Positions 38,888-47,372 of a DNA stretch of 58,054 nt are shown here, one piece after another. The DNA is from a virus. Its lineage: Duplodnaviria > Caudoviricetes. The position numbers were made by a program, and so were the translations under genes. The stretch lies in the IMG/VR virus record IMGVR_UViG_3300027575_000004, positions 1 to 58,054 of that record; one strand, given 5' to 3'. The first letter of the stretch is position 1; every line of letters begins with the position of its first letter. The notes beneath the pieces were generated by a model. The model was not told where the DNA came from. It ran no database searches and saw only the letters and a list, made by a program, of their open reading frames with translations.

Positions 38888-39213
38888 GACACAATCCATG
38901 CCGTTCCGTTGCAGGTAACGCTTGCGATAACAGCACCGCCGCCAGTCGCCGTTCCCAGCGCAACGGGAGTCAGCAGATCGGTAGCGAGATATTGTATGCC
39001 CTTCGCGGCGCTGTTGCATGTCGGAAGACTTCCGACGACGGATTGCGGGAGTGGCATCACTCCGCACGTAATTGATGATCCGTTGTAGTAAAGTTGCTGG
39101 CTTGATCCCGTGCAGCCCATATCGGCGTTCACGGCAGGAACGAGACCGGAGGCGTGCGCGGGCAAACAGAGCGTTACGATAGATAACAGCAAAATTCCAA
39201 AAAGGATTTTCAT
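38884..39213 (-). CDS. secreted protein with tail-fibre-tip-like domain (signal peptide, 4 mature Cys)
   Basis: MKILFGILLLSIVTLCLPAHA|SG; VGSLPTC...ATD...GGGAV...CNGTAWIV. Confidence 0.75.
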   Translation of the reverse strand: MKILFGILLLSIVTLCLPAHASGLVPAVNADMGCTGSSQQLYYNGSSITCGVMPLPQSVVGSLPTCNSAAKGIQYLATDLLTPVALGTATGGGAVIASVTCNGTAWIVS

Positions 39214-40289
39214 CAGCATCCACTCCCAACGGTTGATGCGATTGTCACTGGCGTTGCGGAAGTGCCCGCGTATGCAATCAAATTGCAGCTAGTGCCCGGG
39301 CCAGCTACCCACTTCAGCACGGCATATCCGGCACCCGGAGCAGCGGCAGCATCGGTTTCTTTAATCTGTCCAAGGTCGCCAGATTGACCAGCCGCTATCG
39401 TCAAAGAACCAACAGTGACACGATTTACGAACCCGGCAGCTTGTGAGCCGCCCTTTAGAATTTCTGCCGTAACGAGAGAATTCTGTGTCGTCGAACCGGC
39501 GCTATTTGCGGTCGTCTGTAAGGCCAAATCGGACGAGGCGTTACCAGTTGAGGCTCCCGAAGCAATCGTCTGCGATGCGCCTGGGCAATTCGCAGTCGTG
39601 ATGCAGCCTTGCGCGCCGAGGGTTTGGTTGACGGCGACCGTCGTATCGGCTGCGCCAAGATGAAGGGTTGCTGTCGTAGGGGACGTAATCTGAGCCTGAT
39701 CTGCACTCCATCCGAAACGTGACGCCTCGAATGGCTGATACGAGGAATTTGTCGAATTCACAGATGAAAGAATATTACTCCCGTTTGGATACAGCCCGGC
39801 CAGATTTGAAAAAGCTTCACCTGTCCCTATAGTGAGCCGTCCGTCCGACCTGACGCTAAATACACTTGAATTATTGACCTCCAAATCCTCTAAAAGGCTG
39901 CTGATGCTGCTAGCGGTATTCGTGATGTTCACGAAGATCGGCGCATCAAATGTCATGCCGGAGGCGTTCCATGTCGCCGTGATGTTGATGGCGTCGATGT
40001 TGGTGGTGATCGTGCCGAGCGCGATGTTGTTCGTGCTGCTGTAATTGCTTGTTCCCTTCACGCACAAGGCATTCGAGCCTATTGTGCAGCCGCCGAGGGC
40101 GAGAGAGGTTGAAATCGCCTCGACGCCAGCACCATTGGTCGTGAAGCCAGAGTCGCCTCCAAACGCCCCTGAATTATTGTACTGAAGCTGCGTATTAGAG
40201 CCGCCGGGAAGGGCTGGGCCAGAATAATCAGCGTAGCTTGGCGACGCACACAGCAAAAACGCGGCCAATATACTTGTGCTTGGGCGCAT
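39213..40289 (-). CDS. secreted fibre-like protein (signal peptide, 6 mature Cys)
   Basis: MRPSTSILAAFLLCASPSYA|DY; PGGSNTQLQYNNSGAFGG fibre motif; S/T/G/N-rich. Confidence 0.75.
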   Translation of the reverse strand: MRPSTSILAAFLLCASPSYADYSGPALPGGSNTQLQYNNSGAFGGDSGFTTNGAGVEAISTSLALGGCTIGSNALCVKGTSNYSSTNNIALGTITTNIDAINITATWNASGMTFDAPIFVNITNTASSISSLLEDLEVNNSSVFSVRSDGRLTIGTGEAFSNLAGLYPNGSNILSSVNSTNSSYQPFEASRFGWSADQAQITSPTTATLHLGAADTTVAVNQTLGAQGCITTANCPGASQTIASGASTGNASSDLALQTTANSAGSTTQNSLVTAEILKGGSQAAGFVNRVTVGSLTIAAGQSGDLGQIKETDAAAAPGAGYAVLKWVAGPGTSCNLIAYAGTSATPVTIASTVGSGC

Positions 40290-40831
40290 CACTTCGCGCC
40301 TACAGTCGCAGGCGTCGAAGCGGCAGATGAGATCGCGCTGATCGCATCGGACGGAACGTAGTCCGCCTCCCATGAGCGGTGCCAGTAGGGGGGCAGGGTG
40401 ATTTCACCGGCCGGGCAGACACCTGCGGTCGGCGCAGTGGCCGTGCCGCCCACGTTCACGCATACGGTTGCGGTCGCACTATTGTTTAGTATGTCACAAA
40501 ACACCTTGCACGCGGCAGCGGCGATAACAGTCGATGCGCTGGTGCCGATGGTGACAGACGAATATGCGCCGGAGGAATTCGTAGGCAAAATTGTGGTCGA
40601 GCCCCCACCCCCGCCGCCACCTGTTGTTTTCAGATTACCGTTTTGATCGCATGATAGGGTTGCCTGCTGCCCCGCGCTCAATGTCGGGGACTGGTAAATA
40701 CACCCGGCCCCGGTAGACTGATTACCAGCCTGCCCGCCTATCGCAGACCCTTGAGAATCGGCAAAAGCAAAGTCGGATATGACCAGAAGTGCCGCGATGA
40801 TTACAAGACAGCGCGCAAGCAATAATTTCAT
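40289..40831 (-). CDS. secreted beta-sandwich virion-like protein (signal peptide, 6 mature Cys)
   Basis: AGGGGGAG RBS; MKLLLARCLVIIAALLVISDFAFA|DS; Gly linker then beta-rich domain. Confidence 0.75.
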   Translation of the reverse strand: MKLLLARCLVIIAALLVISDFAFADSQGSAIGGQAGNQSTGAGCIYQSPTLSAGQQATLSCDQNGNLKTTGGGGGGGSTTILPTNSSGAYSSVTIGTSASTVIAAAACKVFCDILNNSATATVCVNVGGTATAPTAGVCPAGEITLPPYWHRSWEADYVPSDAISAISSAASTPATVGAK

Positions 40832-40965
40832 GGAAACACTCCCCCTGAAACCGCCTTGCCGCGATTTGTGAAGATAGAATTGTCTCTCTCTCACTGTAGA
40901 GTAAGGTATGGGGGAAGGGAAGTGGCTTAGAAGTGGTTGAAGTGATTGTGTTATTTGCCTTAATG

Positions 40966-41292
40966 TCAGCGCCGCTTACCTTGGTTGCTATCGAAAACAA
41001 TTTTGCGGCGGTCAGGATAATCCTCGATGATCTCAATCCGAAATACCGAGCGCCGCACGATTGCCGATGGGGGAACTGCTTCATCAACGCGCATCTGCCA
41101 ATTTCCTTTGTGAACGGGGCGATGTCTGAGCATCACTTCGAAGACATGACAGCCACCAAACTCAATGGCGTCTTCTTGCCTGTCGGCGAACCACGAAGAA
41201 GCAGCAAATCCTTCGCGTGAAATTTTATCCGCGACTGCCGTGTCCTTTGTTCCATGATACCAGAGGCGCATGGATTCCGTATCTCCCGTCAT
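40966..41292 (-). CDS. small ADP-ribosyltransferase-fold protein
   Basis: WYHGT...I..EGF...WFA....A..FG..VFEV...VPPSAI pattern of PARP/Tpt1-like ARTs. Confidence 0.55.
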   Translation of the reverse strand: MTGDTESMRLWYHGTKDTAVADKISREGFAASSWFADRQEDAIEFGGCHVFEVMLRHRPVHKGNWQMRVDEAVPPSAIVRRSVFRIEIIEDYPDRRKIVFDSNQGKRR

Positions 41293-41474
41293 GGGTTCTC
41301 CTGTGGAACGCGAGCCTCTTTTTCGGCCCATTCGTAGCCGAAATTCCAAGTTCTCCAGTTCAAATCCATCGCACTTGTCGCGCGGTGATATGGGTTATCG
41401 CTCTTAGGAGCGCCACGCTTGAATGCAGCCTGCCCTTTGCCAAAAGCTTTGCTGTCGCCTTTGCGGCCGCTCAC
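41289..41474 (-). CDS. ribosome modulation factor (Rmf/CrpP)-like small protein
   Basis: G..AF..G.....NPY......W..W..GY pattern. Confidence 0.55.
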   Translation of the reverse strand: MSGRKGDSKAFGKGQAAFKRGAPKSDNPYHRATSAMDLNWRTWNFGYEWAEKEARVPQENP

Positions 41475-41749
41475 GATTCTTTCTCCTGTAGGGCGGTGTC
41501 GATAAATTCGGCTATTAAAAACTTGACTTGAATGTCTGACCCGTAAGTTACGTCATTGTTGAAATGACCTGCTAGCCGTTCCGCGATTTTGTCGGGAACC
41601 GGAAGCATGGCTGCGATAGCGGCGCGGGCATATTCCTCGAAAGTTCTCCGATTCGACAAATACATATCGGCCACGGTTTTAGCATTGTAGCCGCTGTAAA
41701 CAGACTTCGCGAAAATCGCCTTCGCTACCCGCTCGATGATGTCGGTCAT
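41471..41749 (-). CDS. conserved phage protein (ERVAKAI...ARAAIAAM)
   Basis: similar to 35594-35869. Confidence 0.6.
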   Translation of the reverse strand: MTDIIERVAKAIFAKSVYSGYNAKTVADMYLSNRRTFEEYARAAIAAMLPVPDKIAERLAGHFNNDVTYGSDIQVKFLIAEFIDTALQEKES

Positions 41750-41762
41750 GGGGGCGCGTACC

Positions 41763-41951
41763 TTATTGGTTTGGTTGAGGGGATGGTTTGGAGCGGCGGG
41801 ATTTGGTCGATTGCGCGAGCAAAAGACCGGCGTCGATCAGAAATGGGCCAAGCGATTTCTTGGCGGCATTAGCTGCGCCTTCAAGCGTGCGTTTTTCGAC
41901 CTTTGACATGCGAAGCTCGAAACGCTCGGTCCTGATTTTGAAGCGAGCCAT
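41763..41951 (-). CDS. ribbon-helix-helix protein, DUF1778/TacA-like
   Basis: RTERFELRMSKVEKRTLEGAA....SLGPFLIDA. Confidence 0.6.
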   Translation of the reverse strand: MARFKIRTERFELRMSKVEKRTLEGAANAAKKSLGPFLIDAGLLLAQSTKSRRSKPSPQPNQ

Positions 41952-41952
41952 C

Positions 41953-42618
41953 TCAGGCTTCCGTGAGGTCAAGCCACTGACAGCCTGGCGCTTTCATGTC
42001 GATCAGGATTTGAACTACCCCCTCGGCAAAAGCCGCGAGGGACTTGTCCCGAGCGACCGCGGCGGCGGCGTAGGCGGCGGCGGCGTAGGCGGCGGCGGCG
42101 TAGGCGGCGGCGGCGTAGGCGGCGGCGGCGTAGGCGGCGGCGGCGACGGCGGCGCGAGCCACTTCCCGCGCATCCAGCGCCGATTGTTTCGTGCCATCAG
42201 CCTCACAGACCTTCGCAGCGTCCAGAAGCGCAGCAGCGTGGTGCTTATACTTTTGGACAGACGCGGCGGCACGTAACGCTTGCGGAACGCTTGTGCGAAT
42301 CGCCAATTCTGCGACGCGCCGGGTAAACTCCTTGTCGTCGAGATGTCCCACGCTTCCGAGTTGGGCTACAGCCAACCTGCGAAGGCCCTTGGCGCGGGCT
42401 TCATTGGACGACCACCTCGAATCATTCAGCCGAATTTTGAGAGCCCTAAGAGCACGAGATACGCAATCAGGATCATCGCCGTGCGGCAAGCCAAGCGCAT
42501 AGCAGACTGCGGCCTCAACACACATTTTACCCGGCTCGGCAATACCGACACCCGAAACGAGCCCGGCGTCCACAACCGTCAAAACCTTCTTGGCGACTTC
42601 TGCCGTAATAGCGTGCAT
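41953..42618 (-). CDS. hypothetical protein with (AAAAY)5 tract
   Basis: AAGGGAG RBS; MCVEAAV...HGDDPDCV...IRLND. Confidence 0.7.
   Translation of the reverse strand: MHAITAEVAKKVLTVVDAGLVSGVGIAEPGKMCVEAAVCYALGLPHGDDPDCVSRALRALKIRLNDSRWSSNEARAKGLRRLAVAQLGSVGHLDDKEFTRRVAELAIRTSVPQALRAAASVQKYKHHAAALLDAAKVCEADGTKQSALDAREVARAAVAAAAYAAAAYAAAAYAAAAYAAAAYAAAAVARDKSLAAFAEGVVQILIDMKAPGCQWLDLTEA
42058..42144. repeat. 15-bp tandem repeat ((GCC)4 TAC on minus strand) x5
   Basis: GTA recurs at 42070, 42085, 42100, 42115, 42130. Confidence 0.9.
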
Positions 42619-42990
42619 TTCTGGCTCCCTTGCGATTTGATGGGGTTAAAAAGCACGAAATAATTACGGCGTCAAGTACGTAATCGCGCTTGACACGGTA
42701 CGTACACCTATGCTTTCCTCCCCTCACCCCGCCGATCATGGTGGGGGTTGGAGGCGAGGAAAATGAAACGTGGCGAAGCACAGCAAGTGGTCGCGAAACT
42801 TCTTGAAGATTTTTGCGCCGATGACGTGAAGTGCTGGCTCGTGACAGCTTGTCGTTTCAAGGCAGCCGAATATGAGCGCGAAGCTGGCTCAACCGCTTCC
42901 GAAGAAATCCGAGCCCTCAACGTGTTTGCGGAAAAACTCGAAGCTGTTGAGAACCAGGGCGTCTAACCCCTCCCCACTGATGAAGGAGAA

Positions 42991-43449
42991 ATGAAGATGA
43001 CTTTGGAAGAAGAAAAATCGCCGTTCGTGCCCGGAATCAAGGTCGCCATCTATCACTATGCCCGCTGGGATCACTCGCGCGAAATCAGGTCCAGCGTAGT
43101 TGAGAAAGTCTACAAGAACGGCCGCTTCACTCTTGTAGGTGATACTAACTACAACGGGCGCGCGAAGCAATACATCCCGCGCCTAGACCGCTTTTGGGGA
43201 GACGACAACCGCGCTCCGCGTTGGGAGGCAACCGAAACTGGCTACCGTAATTCCGGCACGATCCATCTTTGGGATGAACGGGTCGAGAAGGACATTCTGG
43301 CAGACCGAGCCATTCGCGCCCATCAGCGCCGCTGCAAGGCACTTGAAGACGCTTGGAACAAGTCGCACACCCAGTTGTCGCCGCTGCTTTCGCAGCAGGT
43401 CTGTGACCTGATGGTTTGCCACGCGATTTGCGGGACGGCTTATCCGTAA
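42991..43449 (+). CDS. hypothetical protein in plus-strand islet (~42750-43968)
   Basis: AAGGAG RBS. Confidence 0.65.
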   Translation: MKMTLEEEKSPFVPGIKVAIYHYARWDHSREIRSSVVEKVYKNGRFTLVGDTNYNGRAKQYIPRLDRFWGDDNRAPRWEATETGYRNSGTIHLWDERVEKDILADRAIRAHQRRCKALEDAWNKSHTQLSPLLSQQVCDLMVCHAICGTAYP

Positions 43450-43485
43450 TCCCTAACACTCCCCGCTGGGGAAGGAGGAAGTGAG

Positions 43486-43716
43486 ATGGACGTTTATTTC
43501 TCAGTGTTCAACGGACACAAAAATAATGCCGACAAACGGGCGCGCGAATTAATGTCTCGCGAGTGTCCCGATGCGCTCGCCGAAGTTGAAAAGATCGAAC
43601 GCGAAGAGGGCGGCATTATGGCCATCTTCCATTGTGCGCCATGCTTTGCAACTGCAACATATGCTGGGGCCGTGTTTGCATACGTGAATGAGCTACAGCC
43701 AGATACCACACCCTAA
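43486..43716 (+). CDS. hypothetical protein
   Basis: AGGAGG RBS. Confidence 0.55.
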   Translation: MDVYFSVFNGHKNNADKRARELMSRECPDALAEVEKIEREEGGIMAIFHCAPCFATATYAGAVFAYVNELQPDTTP

Positions 43717-43734
43717 CACACTTGGAGATGGAAG

Positions 43735-43968
43735 ATGGTGAAGATGAGCGCATCGGAAATCGTCTACTTTGCGCTCGTTTGGGCGGACGAGAATGTTGAA
43801 GCGATGATGACCGCTTGTCGCGAGTCCGACCCCGAACTTGTGAAAACCCTCGCCGACAACCTACGACAGATGCGAGCCTATCGTATCAAACGCTTTGGAA
43901 AGCCCGCCAACCCGATGGCAGATGCCAAACTTGTCGATGCCGTCACTTTCCGTTGGCCTCCGCGCTAA
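43735..43968 (+). CDS. hypothetical protein
   Basis: GGAG RBS. Confidence 0.55.
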   Translation: MVKMSASEIVYFALVWADENVEAMMTACRESDPELVKTLADNLRQMRAYRIKRFGKPANPMADAKLVDAVTFRWPPR

Positions 43969-43971
43969 TCT

Positions 43972-44490
43972 CTACCCCTCCCTGATCGTTACTTCGCCAA
44001 GGGCGCGGTGAATTTGGTTGATGAAGTTCTCGCGTACCCATTTGGCTTTGAAGGGGCTTTGGAATGTGATCGTGGCGGGAGGGCCTTCGCTGAACTCCGT
44101 ACCGCCGAACCACGCATCGAAGATCGCCGGATTCCCAAGCTGTTGAATGAGCTTACTCGCCTTCCCGTTCCATTGCAATCTTGTGGCGTCGTTAATTGCT
44201 GTGTTTTGTTGGGTTTGGGCTTCGACGACTGGTAGGAACCCCTCCCAGCGATTTTGATTGAGCCATGTCGAGAAATGAGCGCGCCGAATGTGCTGGTGAA
44301 CTGGCCGTCCCTGATTCTGCTTCACGAGATCGCGCAAGTAGGCTTGGATGCACAGAACGATTGTGTTGATGTCGGGCCGTTCCTTCTCGCTTTTGTTCCA
44401 CGCTTTGAAAGCTGTTTTCTTTGGGTCCGCTGGGGGTGCGCCGTAGGCTTTCCATGCGCGCGAAAAATCTATCGGATATTCGATCATCAT
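43972..44490 (-). CDS. replication protein: replisome-organiser/DnaT-like module fused to DnaA domain I-like C-terminus
   Basis: F..AW..Y...KKTAFKAW, HFSTWLNQNRWE; C-term IFDAWF...SPFKAKWVRENF..QI; TAATG coupling at 44490. Confidence 0.7.
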   Translation of the reverse strand: MMIEYPIDFSRAWKAYGAPPADPKKTAFKAWNKSEKERPDINTIVLCIQAYLRDLVKQNQGRPVHQHIRRAHFSTWLNQNRWEGFLPVVEAQTQQNTAINDATRLQWNGKASKLIQQLGNPAIFDAWFGGTEFSEGPPATITFQSPFKAKWVRENFINQIHRALGEVTIREG

Positions 44491-44735
44491 TAGCGCGTGC
44501 CCCATCCCGAAAAAGGCGCGTTCGGATGCGAGCGTGAAAATGCCTTTCCTTTGCCGTGGTTTTTCTTTTTCCAAACGGCTCCAGTACGACCAGTTTTCTC
44601 GCGGTGCGCTCGCACTGCAGAAATATTCTTGATACGAAGTTTTTCGCGGCGACGCTTTCGTTTCGCGGTTTGCTTGTTCATCGGATCGGCACCGTTGCCA
44701 TAAGAATCTTCTGGGTCAATTTTCTGTTTTCGCAT
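44490..44735 (-). CDS. highly basic small protein
   Basis: KRKRRREKLR, WKKKNHGKGK; stop overlaps replication gene start. Confidence 0.5.
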   Translation of the reverse strand: MRKQKIDPEDSYGNGADPMNKQTAKRKRRREKLRIKNISAVRAHREKTGRTGAVWKKKNHGKGKAFSRSHPNAPFSGWGTR

Positions 44736-44774
44736 GGGCGTTTGCAGATTTTCGAGGTCGTTATGCCTACTGAG

Positions 44775-45135
44775 TATTAATCTTCTAGGTGCTCATGCCC
44801 TTTGGTGAGTTCCGTTGTGATGGGCAGAAGACTCCTAGTCCCAAAATCGCTCGCGCGAAATTTGGTTGGAGTCCCTGCCCGGTGCCGACATGCCCACTGG
44901 AGCCGTCCGCCGCTTAGGGCAACCGCCTAGCCGCGTATGGCTGGCGGTCGGGGGTTTTTCTTCAGAGGTTTACGCCCCTCTTGCAGGCCGGTATGAGCCC
45001 CTTACAAGACTACCGTCAGCCCCTATGCCCGCGTCCCGACAGTGGGGCCTTCTCCATTCCGCGTGCTGTCAGGAACCCGTCAGAATGCCTCTGACGCCGA
45101 GATCAAGTCTCGGGCGCGGAAGCCGATGGGATTTA
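44775..45135 (-). ncRNA. candidate structured non-coding RNA (element B) upstream of replication genes; strand inferred
   Basis: hairpins 45097-45113, 45078-45096, 44822-44880; closing pair 45057-45063/45115-45121; crossing pair 45034-45042/45066-45074. Confidence 0.55.
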
Positions 45136-45141
45136 GAGGGG

Positions 45142-45260
45142 TTGACCTTGGAGGGTACTACGGCTAGATAAAAACCAGCGTCGCCTCTTGGCCTTCCGAT
45201 CTCTACCATCGGATGAGAGGCGAGCGGCGCGAACCGCAAAGCCTCGACGCAATTTATTCA
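45142..45260 (+). promoter_or_regulatory. sigma70-type promoter and short structured antisense transcript
   Basis: TTGACC-17-TAGATA (45142-45170); stem TCGCCTCT/AGAGGCGA with inner TCCGAT/ATCGGA. Confidence 0.5.
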
Positions 45261-45318
45261 CGATGCGCCCCAACGCTGTCAAGTGGCCCGATCAAAAATC
45301 GGGTCGCTTGGCCGCGCA

Positions 45319-45609
45319 TCACAGAATGACACTTTCCACGTATTCCTTTAGTCCATCCCAATCTTCTTCATTCCCGTAATGTTCGATTCGACCCATCTTG
45401 ACGCGGAGTTCGTCAAGTTCGTCGGAACAATCTTCGTCTATCCAATAATCTTCGGGGCCGAGAGAGGCCCAGCGAGCTTGCAGGGCGCGATCTACATCTT
45501 CCATGCCGATGGAACGCAGAAGCTCCGAAATCGCCTCCATGGCCTGCTCCATGCCGCCTGCGCCCATTCGGGTTAAGACTTGCACTTCCGTCATCGGAAC
45601 CATTGTCAC
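45319..45609 (-). CDS. acidic hypothetical protein
   Basis: ORF coupled to upstream gene. Confidence 0.55.
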   Translation of the reverse strand: MTMVPMTEVQVLTRMGAGGMEQAMEAISELLRSIGMEDVDRALQARWASLGPEDYWIDEDCSDELDELRVKMGRIEHYGNEEDWDGLKEYVESVIL

Positions 45610-45866
45610 TCAACCTTGTCGGAGCTTCGGGCCAGAACGAAAGTCTGAGAAGTAGAATTGAGGCCGTCGAATAGCGCGTCTTCGGTCGGACGAATCAATC
45701 CGTCCGCAAGCAACCGCTCGACAAGCTGCCTTCTGATCGCACGATTGTTTGAACTTAACCGATAGCCTCTCCATACTGCGGAAGGCGGCTCATTGATTTG
45801 CTCGTAGAAAATGTAAGCGCCCTTACCAAGGGCAGTCAGGATTGAACCTTGCGTGTCAGCTTTCAT
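45606..45866 (-). CDS. hypothetical protein
   Basis: AGGAGG RBS. Confidence 0.6.
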   Translation of the reverse strand: MKADTQGSILTALGKGAYIFYEQINEPPSAVWRGYRLSSNNRAIRRQLVERLLADGLIRPTEDALFDGLNSTSQTFVLARSSDKVE

Positions 45867-46034
45867 TTAAACCTCCTGATTTTCCAGTCAGTTTCTCGCG
45901 CGCTTGGATGTACCATTTCTCCCGATCGGCAAACGACATGAAGCCGAACCCATCGGGATATAGCGCGCCGTTACGCCTGTTGTGTTCGACGAATAATTTG
46001 CGAGCGAGAGATTTTTCGTCTTCGGTGTAGGATG

Positions 46035-46331
46035 TCACAACGGCAAATCCATTTGTCCGCGCGGCAGGACCAGTCTGTAATGATGCAAGCCGCGAACGAT
46101 ATACTTCCGCTCGACTGTGATTCCCAAGGCTCGGATATCCCGCAAGCGTGCGGAAATAGATGCTTCTGGATCGCCGGTTAAAAGCCGTATATCGGACAAG
46201 CCTCGCCATATGCCATCGGACATTGCGTTGTAAACACGGAGGGCTTGGGAATTAAGCCGCGCCGCATCGCGTGACGGCTCGAATGTAACGCCGTGGCGTG
46301 GGCCAGCGAGCGAGGATTCGAGGGTCGTCAT
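46035..46331 (-). CDS. winged-HTH DNA-binding protein
   Basis: DGIWRGLSDI...EASISARLRDIR...VER...HYRL. Confidence 0.7.
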   Translation of the reverse strand: MTTLESSLAGPRHGVTFEPSRDAARLNSQALRVYNAMSDGIWRGLSDIRLLTGDPEASISARLRDIRALGITVERKYIVRGLHHYRLVLPRGQMDLPL

Positions 46332-46849
46332 GGACGCAACGCCGCGAATGTAAATCCGCAATTCTGTAGAAACTCGCTCACACTCACTGCCGCATCAATT
46401 TCACGCGGCAATGATAATCGACGAACGGGCGCATGGGGAAGGGCGTCAATCAGCATCTTGCGCCGTAGTGCCCACGAGGCTTCTGTGCTACATTTTGTAG
46501 CCATCGCTTTGAATGAGTGGATTCCGGTCGAATGGTCCCGTCCACCAAACGCCAGCCCGATTTGCGGGTAGCTCGCTTTCGTATGCGTGCGGGCTACATA
46601 CATGGCGAGTTGCCGGTAATGAACCAAGGGGCGCTTTCTGTCGTGCCCCGTCAAATCCCTCACCGAGACGCGAAATAAGCACGCTGTAGCCACGATCACG
46701 TCACGGCAGGTAGGTTTGTGGTTTTCCATGACAAACCCCGCTGGCAAGTCGTAGGAAGGCAGAGAACGGCAGAACGCATCTAACGATTTTCCCAAGGCGA
46801 TTTCGTGAACCTGTGGGCCGGTATATTCACGCGCCATTGCGAAGCTCAT
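46328..46849 (-). CDS. stand-alone DnaA C-terminal (domain IV) HTH protein
   Basis: RKRPLVHYRQLAMYVARTHTKASYPQIGLAFGGRDHSTGIH matches the DnaA domain IV signature. Confidence 0.88.
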   Translation of the reverse strand: MSFAMAREYTGPQVHEIALGKSLDAFCRSLPSYDLPAGFVMENHKPTCRDVIVATACLFRVSVRDLTGHDRKRPLVHYRQLAMYVARTHTKASYPQIGLAFGGRDHSTGIHSFKAMATKCSTEASWALRRKMLIDALPHAPVRRLSLPREIDAAVSVSEFLQNCGFTFAALRP

Positions 46850-47042
46850 CGTAACCAATTCCTTTTCTCGAACTCATTCCAGAGCGACGCTATAGTGTCG
46901 GAAATAACCCGCTGGCGCTGCGATACCGTCAAAGCGTCAAGAGAAGAGCGATCATGGGGCCAATTTCCGACTTGCCACGGAAGCGGATCATAGGCGTCCG
47001 CGAGCGTCGCTTTCCGAATGTTGCGGCCTATGGCGAAGTCAC

Positions 47043-47372
47043 TCACTTGTGAATTTCCCTCAGTTCGATCTTCGGATAGAGCGCACGGAACAGATTGGCT
47101 TTGATGCGAAATACATCGGTCCTTACGCCTTTGGCGTCTTCCGCGACGCGCTTCCCATGCTCTAGATATTCAAAATCCGCCACGAAAGTACAAATAAGGC
47201 AATCATTCACGGATAGCGGGTGACGTGGCTGCAATTCGAGGTTTGAAATCTGACCGGCCTTCTGCAACAATTTCAGTTCGCCATATCGTTTCGCCTCTAG
47301 TTTGGAAGCAAAGCGATGGCCGTCAACCTCGGTCGGCGTGTTTCGGTATTTGTTGCGGCGAATTGAAATCAC
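47043..47372 (-). CDS. DUF1064-family endonuclease
   Basis: NKY.N...VDGHRFASKLEAKRY, LELQP, FVADFEY, EDAKG. Confidence 0.88.
   Translation of the reverse strand: MISIRRNKYRNTPTEVDGHRFASKLEAKRYGELKLLQKAGQISNLELQPRHPLSVNDCLICTFVADFEYLEHGKRVAEDAKGVRTDVFRIKANLFRALYPKIELREIHK

Noticed and set aside
41788-42276. Gly-rich (GGGGV) and Pro-rich (PPPPT) ORFs
   Set aside because: Alternative-frame shadows of the AAAAY repeat in 41953-42618.
44866-45171. 101-aa plus-strand ORF over element B
   Set aside because: TTG start without RBS, atypical composition, antisense to the operon.
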